Shown: in pieces, positions 26,317 through 34,783 of the stretch
Numbering within the stretch: the stretch's first letter is position 1
How the letters are laid out: each line of letters starts with the position of its first letter
Virus record (IMG/VR): IMGVR_UViG_3300029891_000082
Coordinates: 1 to 40,560 of that record
Length of the DNA stretch: 40,560 bases
Reading direction: 5' to 3' (one strand)
Origin: a virus
Lineage: Duplodnaviria; Caudoviricetes
Translations under genes and position numbers: made by a program
The notes under the pieces: generated by a model
What the model was told of the DNA's origin: nothing
The model's database searches: none
Seen by the model: the letters and a program-made list of their open reading frames with translations, nothing else

Positions 26317-26969
26317 GACGGAGCCCCTGTCGTGCCGCCGGAATCACCCGGGTGGGTGTGGGTGTGCAGGGTTTTGCCGTTGCTGGTGATCTCGCCGCCG
26401 GTGCCGACCTGGGTGACGTTGGTTTGTTCGTGCTCGCCGTTGACGTGGCGGATGTCGCCGGTGATGACGCTGCCGTTGCCTTCGGTGCCGCCGAAGCCGG
26501 CGAGGCCGTTGTGGTAGGTGAGCAGGTCGTCGATGACGCACTGGCCGGTGATGTGGGTCAGGGGCGTGTCGAGGGTGATGCTGACGGCGGCTTCGATGCG
26601 GGCTGTCTGGATGCCGCTAGCGTCGAGGTGGCTGGCGGCGTGGTCGTAGCTGATGACGGCGCCGTCGGGGAAGCGGATGACGTGGGTGTCCGGGCTGTGA
26701 CTGGGCGGCTGGATGGCGGTGCTGTTGAGGCCGCGCAGGACGATGCCGCCGGCGAGTTCTCCGCTCGGGGAGAGCACGGTGACTTGTTCGCCGACGGTGG
26801 GCGGGTCCCAGGTGGTGGTTTGGCCGGCGCGGTGTTCGAGCCAGGGGAGCCATTCTGTTTCGATCTTGCCGATTTTGACGACAACGCGGACCGCAGCGTG
26901 GTCAATGCTGTGGATGGTGCCGATGCGGATGACGTTTTCCATCCGGCGGGAGAGTTCGATCAGGTCCAT
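26313..26969 (-). CDS. V: Baseplate spike V
   Basis: RRMENVIRIG...PPTVGEQV...HTHTHPGDSGGTT. Confidence 0.93.
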   Translation of the reverse strand: MDLIELSRRMENVIRIGTIHSIDHAAVRVVVKIGKIETEWLPWLEHRAGQTTTWDPPTVGEQVTVLSPSGELAGGIVLRGLNSTAIQPPSHSPDTHVIRFPDGAVISYDHAASHLDASGIQTARIEAAVSITLDTPLTHITGQCVIDDLLTYHNGLAGFGGTEGNGSVITGDIRHVNGEHEQTNVTQVGTGGEITSNGKTLHTHTHPGDSGGTTGAPS

Positions 26970-26975
26970 GGGGCC

Positions 26976-27035
26976 GATGATGCCGGGGCTTTGCGCGCGC
27001 GGGGCGAGCGGGCGAGTGTAGGGGTGGCGGTTACA
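26976..27035 (-). promoter_or_regulatory. Ogr-type late promoter (V operon), probably leaderless mRNA
   Basis: TGTA-N11-TACA (27017-27035); -10-like CATCAT lies 7 nt before the V ATG. Confidence 0.7.
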
Positions 27036-27486
27036 GCCGGTCGGCTAGATGGGCGGTGACGATTTCGGCGATCAGGGCCTGGTCGTCGTCGGGGATGCCG
27101 AGGAGCTGGCGCTCGGGATACTTGGCTTCGAGGCCGGTCTTTTTGTTGACGCGATCGCGCAGGCCGTGGTGATGGACGAGGGCGATGCGCGATACCTCGC
27201 GGGTGAAGCCGACGATGGCTTCGTTTTCGGTGGCGGTGGCTTTGAGGTATTTGGCGGTGCGCAGCTTGCTAAACATCTGGCGCTTGATCTTGCCGGTCTT
27301 GTGGCGCAGCTGCGGTTTTCTCGGCTCGAATGGGGTGCCGTCGGGGTTGGTCTGGGCGGCGATGCGTTTCTGGTTGCGCGGGCGCAGTTCTTTGGCGATG
27401 CGCAGGGCGAGTTCGCGCCGGGCGTCCGGCTGCAGGCTGGCGATGAGGTCGGCGGCGTAGGCGTCGAGGGCGTCGATGTCAGCCAT
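27031..27486 (-). CDS. S: Virion morphogenesis protein S
   Basis: RIAAQTNPDGTPFEPRK...MFSKLR...VHHHGLRD...RQLLG. Confidence 0.9.
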   Translation of the reverse strand: MADIDALDAYAADLIASLQPDARRELALRIAKELRPRNQKRIAAQTNPDGTPFEPRKPQLRHKTGKIKRQMFSKLRTAKYLKATATENEAIVGFTREVSRIALVHHHGLRDRVNKKTGLEAKYPERQLLGIPDDDQALIAEIVTAHLADRL

Positions 27487-27949
27487 CGGTGGCGGCGATC
27501 AGTTCTCCTTGCAGGTAGCTCTGCCAGGGAATGGTGCCGGTCTCGTCCGGGAGTTGCGGTTCGCCGAGGTGGGTGCATTGGTAGCCGCCGAGGACGGGGC
27601 TGACGATGACGCGCTCGGAGAGGTCGATAGTGATGGCGATGTCGATCTCTTCGTGATTGACGATTTCGGCTTCGAAGGCGATGGCCTTGTCGCGGCGGAC
27701 TGGGTCCTGCAGGAGGTCGGGCTGGTTGGTCTGCAGCCAGACGAGGAGCGGGACCATGAGGACGTCGGCGGGTTCGGCGAAGTCGGTGATGATGATCTGG
27801 ACGGTGTAGGCGTACTGGTAGCCGAGGCCGGCGCCGATCTTGGTGGCGATGGCGCCGCGCTCGATGAAGACGTGCAACTTGTCGGGGTTGGCGGCGAGGT
27901 CTGGCACCCACTGGGTGAGGTGGGCGCGGAGTTCAGTCGGTTTTTTCAT
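27479..27949 (-). CDS. R: Tail completion protein R
   Basis: MKKPTELRAHL...NPDKLHVFIERG...WLQTNQPDLL. Confidence 0.9.
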   Translation of the reverse strand: MKKPTELRAHLTQWVPDLAANPDKLHVFIERGAIATKIGAGLGYQYAYTVQIIITDFAEPADVLMVPLLVWLQTNQPDLLQDPVRRDKAIAFEAEIVNHEEIDIAITIDLSERVIVSPVLGGYQCTHLGEPQLPDETGTIPWQSYLQGELIAATDG

Positions 27950-28469
27950 GGGCGGCCTCGATGGCTTTGTAGCGGCGCTGCCAGGCTTCTAGTTTGGCGG
28001 CGTCGTTGCGGCAGGCGATGTAGTTGTCGGCAAGCGTTTGGAGGGCGGCAGTGTCTTCAACGGGGTCGGCGGCTCGAGCAGCCAGGGGTCCGGCTTCGGT
28101 GGCGGGGGGCTGGCCGGTGGCAGCGGCATCGTGGAGCAGGCGCCAAGTGCCAGGCAGAGTGCAGCGGTTGCCAGGCGGTTCGAGAAATTCATAACGGGTG
28201 ACCTCTTTGATGATGGTGCGGTCTTTGGGGGCCTGGGCGGCGCGCAGGGCGTTGTTTTCGGCGGCTAGTTTGTCGGCTTTTTCGCCATTGGCGACGATCT
28301 TCTCGGCGTAGGCGAGGGCGATGTCGAGTTGGGCGGCGGCAACTTCGCCTTGGCAGACGTGGTGGCCGTGGCGGTAGGTGGCGAGGACGGCAGCGGCGAC
28401 GAGGGCGGCGATGACCGTCCATTTGAGGACGGCGGTATTGATGCCGAAGAGGGTGGGCGAGGGGAGCAT
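27933..28469 (-). CDS. i-spanin (Rz/LysB-like)
   Basis: N-terminal TM plus coiled coil; downstream of the endolysin. Confidence 0.75.
   Translation of the reverse strand: MLPSPTLFGINTAVLKWTVIAALVAAAVLATYRHGHHVCQGEVAAAQLDIALAYAEKIVANGEKADKLAAENNALRAAQAPKDRTIIKEVTRYEFLEPPGNRCTLPGTWRLLHDAAATGQPPATEAGPLAARAADPVEDTAALQTLADNYIACRNDAAKLEAWQRRYKAIEAAHEKTD
27989..28192 (-). CDS. o-spanin (Rz1-like lipoprotein) embedded in the i-spanin gene
   Basis: Signal peptide with lipobox LGAC, Pro-rich mature part, in an alternative frame. Confidence 0.7.
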   Translation of the reverse strand: MNFSNRLATAALCLALGACSTMPLPPASPPPPKPDPWLLEPPTPLKTLPPSKRLPTTTSPAATTPPN

Positions 28470-28470
28470 G

Positions 28471-28674
28471 TCAGCCTCGGTAGTTGGGGTGCACGAGGGT
28501 GATGGGGGGTTCGCCGCGCAGGACGATGACGCGGTCGATGGTGCAGCGCTTGAGGACTTGCGGCGGGCTGACGACCCAGCGGTCGCGGATCTCGATGGGC
28601 CAGTTGTCGGCTGGGTGGTTTTGCTGGTCGTCGAGGAGGAGGGCGATGAGTTCGTCGCGGAGAAGGGGTTTCAT
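28471..28674 (-). CDS. Hypothetical protein (67 aa)
   Basis: ATGA overlap with the endolysin stop; fills the gap. Confidence 0.55.
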   Translation of the reverse strand: MKPLLRDELIALLLDDQQNHPADNWPIEIRDRWVVSPPQVLKRCTIDRVIVLRGEPPITLVHPNYRG

Positions 28675-29471
28675 GCGGCGGCCTGTTCGGACGGGGTGAA
28701 GCGCTCGAAGGCGCGGGCGAGTTTGACGTCGTAGAGGTTGTCTTTGTAGGCCGGGCCGTTGTAGAGGCTGGCGAAGGTGGCCCACTTTTTGGCTTTGATG
28801 GCTTTGTGGATGGCGGGGGCGGCTTCGATGTAGCGGCAGAAGGCGTCGAGCTGGTCGGCTTCGCTGCGGTGCATGGCGGCGACGAATTGTTCGATGCTGT
28901 CGTAGCCGAGAAGCTGCCAGTGGTAGCCCATGATCTGGTACTGGCCCCAGCTGCAGGCGGCGTCGGCTATTTCGACGGGCATGATCTGGCGGGCGCTGGA
29001 TAGCCTTGACCATTCGGCACTGCCGCCGGCATAGCCACCGCGCTTTGGGTTGATCAAGTTCGGGAATTTTTTGCCGAATATGTCGGGTTCGAGTTCGGCT
29101 TCGGCAAGTAGTCGATAGGCGACGTGGCGTTCGTAGAGGATGACGGGCTTGCCATTGACGCCGAAGCCAGGGCCACGACTTTCGACGAGGTTGACGGCTT
29201 TGATGGCGGCGACGGGGATGCCGAGGCGGATGGCGGCGGCTTCGAGGTCGTATTCGGAGAGGAGGCGGTGGTCGCGGTCGCGGCTGGTGAGGGCGGCGAT
29301 GGTCTTGGGGCCGGCGATGCCGTCGGCGACGAGGTTGGCGCGGCGCTGGAAGGCGATTAGGGCTTGTTCGGTGGATAGTCCGAACCAGCCGTCGACGGTG
29401 AGTTTGAAGCCGGCGTCGTTGAGCTGGCGTTGCAGGGTGGCGACGGCGGCGCCGGTGTCTCCGTTATGCAT
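28671..29471 (-). CDS. Endolysin: peptidoglycan-binding domain + N-acetylmuramidase (DUF3380-type)
   Basis: VATLQRQL...DGIAGPKT; VESRG..ILYERH..SWGQYQIMG..YNGPAY. Confidence 0.9.
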   Translation of the reverse strand: MHNGDTGAAVATLQRQLNDAGFKLTVDGWFGLSTEQALIAFQRRANLVADGIAGPKTIAALTSRDRDHRLLSEYDLEAAAIRLGIPVAAIKAVNLVESRGPGFGVNGKPVILYERHVAYRLLAEAELEPDIFGKKFPNLINPKRGGYAGGSAEWSRLSSARQIMPVEIADAACSWGQYQIMGYHWQLLGYDSIEQFVAAMHRSEADQLDAFCRYIEAAPAIHKAIKAKKWATFASLYNGPAYKDNLYDVKLARAFERFTPSEQAAA

Positions 29472-29757
29472 GGCGGTCTCCCGGGCGGGTGATGAGGTAG
29501 CGCAGGCGGCGTTCGCAGATGAGGAGCAGGGCGATGCCGGCGAGCAGGAGCAGGGTTGGGAGGTCGACGCTGGCGCCGGAGAGGATAGTTAGGATGATGG
29601 CGAGGGCGCCGCCGGCGAGGAGAAGCATGGCGTAGCGGATGAGGGTCTGGGTGCCGCGGCCCATGCGGGCTATGGCCGGCTCGGCGCGGTAGAGGATGAG
29701 CGCGGCGCAGGCGATGGCGGCGAGGTTGAGGATGATGTTGGCCAGGGGGGTGGTCAT
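29464..29757 (-). CDS. Holin/antiholin-like membrane protein
   Basis: 97 aa, 3 TM segments, upstream of the endolysin. Confidence 0.65.
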   Translation of the reverse strand: MTTPLANIILNLAAIACAALILYRAEPAIARMGRGTQTLIRYAMLLLAGGALAIILTILSGASVDLPTLLLLAGIALLLICERRLRYLITRPGDRHA

Positions 29758-30113
29758 GCTATGTCCTCCGCTTTTTTCTGGGCGATGCGCAGGAGCTGGG
29801 GGCCGAGGACCTTGTGGGTCAAAAATCCGACGGCGAGCGCGCCGGGGAAACCGACGGTGAGCGCCGGTACGGTAGGAGGCCACCAGGCGAGGCCGGTCAG
29901 CCAGGTGATGACGGGCGGGGTGACCCAACTGGCGACGAGGGCGGCGATGATACCGCTGGCGATGCGCTGGCCAAGGGTGATTTCGGGGAGGTAGCTGTTG
30001 TACCACCAGCAGCCGACGAAGCCGGCGACGAGGAGCATGGGGTGCAGACCGGTGGCGAAGCCGAGCAGGGTGAGGCCGCCAGTGGCGAGGAGGGGGGTGG
30101 TCGGTTCGGACAT
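29754..30113 (-). CDS. Holin-like membrane protein
   Basis: 119 aa, multi-TM, between X and the endolysin. Confidence 0.65.
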   Translation of the reverse strand: MSEPTTPLLATGGLTLLGFATGLHPMLLVAGFVGCWWYNSYLPEITLGQRIASGIIAALVASWVTPPVITWLTGLAWWPPTVPALTVGFPGALAVGFLTHKVLGPQLLRIAQKKAEDIA

Positions 30114-30120
30114 GGCGGGT

Positions 30121-30327
30121 CTAGTCCCAGAGTTGAATCAGGTTGGTATTGGCCGGGGTGGCGGTAGTTTCTTCGGGCAGGGTGACTGCCTGTCCATTGG
30201 CGAGAATGGGGCCAACGGCAGCGAGGCCGGGGTTTAGTTCAAGCGCGGCTTCGACATAGGCGCTGCTGCCGAGGTGGCGGTGGCAGAGGTTGTCGAGGGT
30301 GTCGCCCTGGTGTGCTCGGACTTGCAT
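30121..30327 (-). CDS. X: Tail protein X
   Basis: AHQGDTLDNLCHRHLG...NPGLA...IQLWD. Confidence 0.92.
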   Translation of the reverse strand: MQVRAHQGDTLDNLCHRHLGSSAYVEAALELNPGLAAVGPILANGQAVTLPEETTATPANTNLIQLWD

Positions 30328-30788
30328 CAGATGAGCTCGATGGTGCAGCGGGTGCGGCCGGTGATGTCGGCGATGGCGTTGAGGTGGTCGCGCCGGCAGT
30401 CGTCGATGGGGTCGGTGAGGGCTTCGGCGCGCTTGTCGCCTTTGGCGGAGGCGTCGAAATCGCGGTAGCGCTCCATGAGCAGGGCTTTGGCGAGGGAGCC
30501 GACGGCGCGCTTGAAGCGGTGCTCGATGATGGTGGATCCGTCTATTTCGTCTGAGGGAACGACCGATAGCGTGGTGTAGCCGATGGCGATCTGGGCGATC
30601 TTCCAGGCGGCCAGGGCTTCGATGGTTGTAGAGGCGGATTCGATGATGGCGCTGCGCAGGCGGGGCGGGGTGACGGTGTTGTCGAGGCGCTGAGCTTCGC
30701 GGATTTCAAAGGGTTCGATGTCAGGCCAGAAGGCGCCGATGGTGATAGGCGTCTCTGATTCAGGGGTGCTTGGGGCATTGACGATCAT
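30327..30788 (-). CDS. L: Head completion/stabilisation protein L
   Basis: FWPDI...RLDNTVTPPRLR...ERYRDFD...IADITG..RCTIELI. Confidence 0.9.
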   Translation of the reverse strand: MIVNAPSTPESETPITIGAFWPDIEPFEIREAQRLDNTVTPPRLRSAIIESASTTIEALAAWKIAQIAIGYTTLSVVPSDEIDGSTIIEHRFKRAVGSLAKALLMERYRDFDASAKGDKRAEALTDPIDDCRRDHLNAIADITGRTRCTIELI

Positions 30789-30819
30789 GTCGGCGCGGCC
30801 TGGTGGAAGGTGATGACGG

Positions 30820-30879
30820 CATGGTGCTGTGCCGTTCGCGCGCGGGAAAGGGCGGTCGGATGTATGGCGGCGGGCTAGG
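30820..30879 (-). promoter_or_regulatory. Additional Ogr-type late promoter in front of L
   Basis: TGTA-N11-TAGG (30861-30879), CGCG tract, and CACCAT at the same 41-bp offset. Confidence 0.55.
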
Positions 30880-31180
30880 ACTGAACGAAGCGGGAGCGCT
30901 TGACTTCGATGCTTCCCTCGACGGCGCCGGCGTTGGGTGATGCGAGATCCCAGCGGTAGTACCAGCGGCCGGCGACGTTAAGCGGAATCTCGGCGCGGTA
31001 CAGGCCTTCGCCGTCACGGACGATTTCTGCGGCGACGCCGTAGATGTAGTCGGCGACGCCGGAAGCGGGTGACTCTATTTTCAGGGTGATGGTGCCAGGG
31101 TCGGCGGAGATGCCGTCGAGCGTGGTAACACGCATCGTCAGCGTGGCGACTTCGCCCGGGATAAACGGTTCAGCGGCCAT
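30875..31180 (-). CDS. Hypothetical beta-rich (Ig-like?) protein
   Basis: 101 aa; DPGTITLKIESP...GLYRAEI...GRWYYRW. Confidence 0.7.
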   Translation of the reverse strand: MAAEPFIPGEVATLTMRVTTLDGISADPGTITLKIESPASGVADYIYGVAAEIVRDGEGLYRAEIPLNVAGRWYYRWDLASPNAGAVEGSIEVKRSRFVQS

Positions 31181-32033
31181 GGGTTACTCCGTGATGGATC
31201 GTGGTCAGCCGGTCGGCGCTATGGGTTATGCGGGTGATGCGGCGCGCAGCGGCGGCAGATAGGCAGTAGTTTCGGACCAGGCCGGCCATGGTTGCCGACG
31301 CCAAGCCAGCGGATTGAGCGGCCCCGGTAGCGGATAGCGAGACGTCGACGGTGATGGCGCCGGAGCCCATGGCTTGGGCGAATCCGGCGGCGGTGATGGT
31401 GACCAGGCTGGACAGTGATGCCCAGCCGGAGGCGTTGGCGCTGCCGGCAGCACTGATGGCGCCGGGCGCGCTGGCCTGTGCCGTGGCGGATCCGGCGGAG
31501 TGAGCGCCTCCCGTGGCGACGAGGCCGACCGTGATCGACAGCACAGCCGCCCCGCTGGCGACAGCCGCACCGGATGCCGATAAGGCGCCCGGGGCGCCAC
31601 CGGTCAGATTGGCGGTGCCAGACGCCTGCGCTGACCCGGTAGCCAGTGCAGTTAGCTGGGCGGCCAGGTCGGCGTTCCCGGCGGCTTGCGCGGCGCCGGC
31701 GCCGGCCAGCAGCACAGTGGCCGACAGACCGGCGATTCCGGCAGCGGAAGCGAGGGCGGCGGCGCTGATGGTGACAGTGGCGGTGCCGTTAGCGCTGCCA
31801 TCAGACACGGCGAGGCCGGCGGCGGAAAGCGGGATTGTTACGGCGGGGTTGGCAGAGCCGTCGGCGATGGATACGCCGACGGCGGATAGGGCGACCTGGG
31901 CAGCGAGCGTGGCCGAGCCGGTTGATTGCGCTTGGCCGGTGGCGCTGGCGTTGAGGGTTGATCCGCCACCGGCGGTGGCGACATCGCCCCATAGGCCGAC
32001 TGGCGATAACCCGATTGATTCGGCGCCGATCAT
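31170..32033 (-). CDS. Ala/Gly/Ser-rich repetitive fibre-like protein
   Basis: 287 aa with LSA(S/T)G.A.(S/A)GSA repeats. Confidence 0.7.
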   Translation of the reverse strand: MIGAESIGLSPVGLWGDVATAGGGSTLNASATGQAQSTGSATLAAQVALSAVGVSIADGSANPAVTIPLSAAGLAVSDGSANGTATVTISAAALASAAGIAGLSATVLLAGAGAAQAAGNADLAAQLTALATGSAQASGTANLTGGAPGALSASGAAVASGAAVLSITVGLVATGGAHSAGSATAQASAPGAISAAGSANASGWASLSSLVTITAAGFAQAMGSGAITVDVSLSATGAAQSAGLASATMAGLVRNYCLSAAAARRITRITHSADRLTTIHHGVTHGR

Positions 32034-32545
32034 CAGACAGTCCAGCCGGTTGAGTAATCGTAGGCCGCGATGGCCTCGAATGTGTCGAGCCCCTTGACAG
32101 CGTCGCCATGACGGCCGGAGGTGCCGGATATAGCCGCCTCAAGCCCGGACAGCATGGCGCCTTTTTGTATGACCTTGGCGACCAAAGCGGCCGTCGTCAC
32201 GCCCCTGGCCGCCGCTTCTGCGGCGAGAAATGGCGCGCTGACGTCGGTGCCGTCGTAGGCGCCAGCCTCGGCGCGTTTGATTGACCACGAGGCCATTTCG
32301 GCCGGCGATATCGAGGCTACAACGGCGTCGCGCTTGGCTTTGGCCAGGGCGTCGATGCGCTCGGTGACCTCGGCGCGCGCATCGTCCAGGGTGTATCCGT
32401 CGACGATGGCCTGGACGGCGGTATCGTCCGACGATATCGGCAGGCTGTTGCGGATGACGCAGGAGTGCCCTGCCGCGGCGATGGCGGCGAAAAGTCCGGC
32501 AAAGGCGCCCTTGTTTTTTAAATCGATCATATGCCTCCAGCCCAC
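32033..32545 (-). CDS. Hypothetical protein resembling a fibre chaperone
   Basis: EMASWSIKRAEA...APFLAAEAAARG...W end; start may be 32530. Confidence 0.65.
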   Translation of the reverse strand: MGWRHMIDLKNKGAFAGLFAAIAAAGHSCVIRNSLPISSDDTAVQAIVDGYTLDDARAEVTERIDALAKAKRDAVVASISPAEMASWSIKRAEAGAYDGTDVSAPFLAAEAAARGVTTAALVAKVIQKGAMLSGLEAAISGTSGRHGDAVKGLDTFEAIAAYDYSTGWTV

Positions 32546-33393
32546 AGCAGAGGGGTTTGCCCGGATGTCGCGTTTGAGATGCGGGTGGTCATTGCTGGTA
32601 TCGCGCTCGGCAGTGCTCCGTAGGTCTGCTCGACATATCCATGCGAGTTTCTGTATCGCGCGGTTGAGGTCTGATAGCCTGCATGTGCCTCAACCACCAT
32701 CGCGCAGGATCTGACGCCGACGTTCGCATCGCAGATCATCAAGCCCCAGTAATAGCCAGGGGCCAGGCGCTGTACGCCAACATCTGCGGCCAGCATGGCG
32801 GCTGCCGATGCCGGCTGCTCACCACTGGTCAGCAGCAATGCGCCGGCCGAACCGTCCGGTTTACAGGCCGCGACGCCGAATTGGATGTGCGCGCCGGCGG
32901 CGGCGGTCGAAATGTCGGCGTAGAGCGTGTCAAACGTCAGTCCGGCGGGGAAATACAGTGGGAACTGATACAACCTGTCTGCCGTCAGGGTGAGCGTACC
33001 CAGCGTTCCGGACGGGGTGACGGCAACGCGGCGACCGTCGGCACCACCGCAATCCTCGATTGCCGGGATCGTCATGTCGAACATGGATGCATCGCCGGAG
33101 CAGATGACCCGCTTCGTGCCGGCCGGTAACGCTGCGGCAACTGGCGTCGTAGCGTTATAAACGCCGGCTATGTAGGTCGCCGTGATCCGGTCGCGCACCA
33201 GCGTACTGCTGTCCGACATGTGACCGATGCCGGTCTCGATGGGATATCCGCTGGCGTCATCCAGGATCGTGTAGCTGAAATATTTAAGCAGGCCGAAAAG
33301 GTCGTGAAATCCGGGGAATCCCGTTACACCGGCGACAACGATGTCGCCAGCGCCGATGCTCGTCGTCGTCTGCTTGATCCAGTTGCCGAGCAT
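32527..33393 (-). CDS. Putative fibre/structural protein
   Basis: 288 aa; WIKQTTTSIGAG...ETGIG...LVRD N-terminus. Confidence 0.65.
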   Translation of the reverse strand: MLGNWIKQTTTSIGAGDIVVAGVTGFPGFHDLFGLLKYFSYTILDDASGYPIETGIGHMSDSSTLVRDRITATYIAGVYNATTPVAAALPAGTKRVICSGDASMFDMTIPAIEDCGGADGRRVAVTPSGTLGTLTLTADRLYQFPLYFPAGLTFDTLYADISTAAAGAHIQFGVAACKPDGSAGALLLTSGEQPASAAAMLAADVGVQRLAPGYYWGLMICDANVGVRSCAMVVEAHAGYQTSTARYRNSHGYVEQTYGALPSAIPAMTTRISNATSGQTPLLWAGGI

Positions 33394-33394
33394 G

Positions 33395-33907
33395 TTAATT
33401 GTCGATCTGGAACTGCAATTGGCCGGCGGTGAATTGGACTGTGAAGCCGGCGCCGGAGACGGACAGGGGGGCTGAGAGGTCGATGCAGATCCACGTATTG
33501 CCGGCGCTTGCCGCGTCGTACCAGCGCACGCTCTGTAGCGTGCCCCACGCCCCTGTACTGGCCGGCCATGTGATGGCTGCGTTGTTGCTGGTCGTACCGC
33601 CAGTTCCGCTGGATGCGGTAGTGCTTCCGGCCGATTGCGTGCCGGCCCAGTTAGTCAGCGAACTGGTGACGGCTACCCGGGCGTATGCATTGCCGGACGG
33701 CTCGGTTCCGGAGCCGGAATCAGTGCAGGTGTCGGTCGCGAGCCCAATGTACATGGTGGCCGGGGCGCCGAGCGCCTGGCCGCGCAGCATGGAGTCTACA
33801 GATTTGTTTTCGGCGTAGTCGGTGAGGGCGCCGGCTTGAGAATATCCGCCAATAACGCACATGGCAGATACCAGTAGGCTGGTAATGATTTGTCTGGTTG
33901 ATTTCAT
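33395..33907 (-). CDS. Phage structural/fibre-type protein with apparent N-terminal signal peptide
   Basis: LTDYAENK...YIGLAT...YARVAV...SNNAAITWP...WGT..WYDAASAGN; N-terminus MKSTRQIITSLLVSAMCVIGGYSQA; GGAG RBS. Confidence 0.7.
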   Translation of the reverse strand: MKSTRQIITSLLVSAMCVIGGYSQAGALTDYAENKSVDSMLRGQALGAPATMYIGLATDTCTDSGSGTEPSGNAYARVAVTSSLTNWAGTQSAGSTTASSGTGGTTSNNAAITWPASTGAWGTLQSVRWYDAASAGNTWICIDLSAPLSVSGAGFTVQFTAGQLQFQIDN

Positions 33908-33929
33908 GGTTGGCTCCGTTTGTCTGTGG

Positions 33930-33993
33930 TGGCGGTGGTCGGGCGGCGGGCCGCTGGTCAAGGAGGTAGCCAGTGGTGCCGCCCGAGCCGCCA
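33930..33993. repeat. Long imperfect hairpin downstream of M
   Basis: TGGCGG..TCGGGCGGC (33930-33947) pairs with GCCGCCCGA.CCGCCA (33978-33993). Confidence 0.6.
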
Positions 33994-34014
33994 GGGTGCG
34001 GGGTCCGCTCGGTG

Positions 34015-34722
34015 TCAGCCGGATTCGGTTTTCGGCGCTTTTTCGGCGTCGACCGTGGCAGGCGAGTTCTTGATGAGCACGTCGAGTCGCTCGATGTCTT
34101 TTTTGACGCCGACGCGCTGGTCGAGATCGAGGGCGCGGGCGAGGGTGGTTCTGGCTTTTTCGAGGTTGCCGGCGGCGCGCAGGGCGTAGCCGCAGGCTTT
34201 ATGGATCTTGGCGCGGATGACGTCGTGCATGTCGCAGCCGGCGGTCAGGTCGAGGGTGATGGCGAGGGACGAGAGCATGGCAATGCGTCGTTCGTCGTCG
34301 GCCTTAATGGCGACGTCGGCGATTTCTTCGGCCAGCACTGAGGGGACGTCGCGCTGGTACTGGTCTGGCATGACGAGCTTGTGCTCGATGGCGTAGGCGC
34401 CGATCTGCAGGGCTAGGTCGAAGTTGCCGATGTCGATGGCCCAGACGAAGACGGTCATGAGGACGTCGTCTTGCCGGCCGGCTTCGGATTCGAGGACGCC
34501 GGCGATCCACGGCAGGTATTCGGGGAGGAGATGGGCTTTGACTTCGGCCTTGCGCTCCATGGATTTGACTTCCTTGAGCCGGCGTTTGTCTTCGGCGAGC
34601 TTGAGGAGGACGAGTTCGTAGGCGTTGGCGGCGTGCTGGTCGCGCGGCTGGGCGGCGGTGTCGGCAGGCTGGGCGGCGGCCATGGTTTGTTCGTAGTGGG
34701 CGCGGCAGGGGCTGTGGCGCAT
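34015..34722 (-). CDS. M: Terminase endonuclease (small) subunit
   Basis: LAEDKRRLKEVKSMERK...QDDVLMTVFVWAID...DMHDVIRAKIHK...GVKKDIERL. Confidence 0.92.
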   Translation of the reverse strand: MRHSPCRAHYEQTMAAAQPADTAAQPRDQHAANAYELVLLKLAEDKRRLKEVKSMERKAEVKAHLLPEYLPWIAGVLESEAGRQDDVLMTVFVWAIDIGNFDLALQIGAYAIEHKLVMPDQYQRDVPSVLAEEIADVAIKADDERRIAMLSSLAITLDLTAGCDMHDVIRAKIHKACGYALRAAGNLEKARTTLARALDLDQRVGVKKDIERLDVLIKNSPATVDAEKAPKTESG

Positions 34723-34783
34723 GGGGTTCTCCTTAGGGACTGACGGCGGCTTTGGGGGCCGCCGTCTTGCTGCTGGGTGTCGG

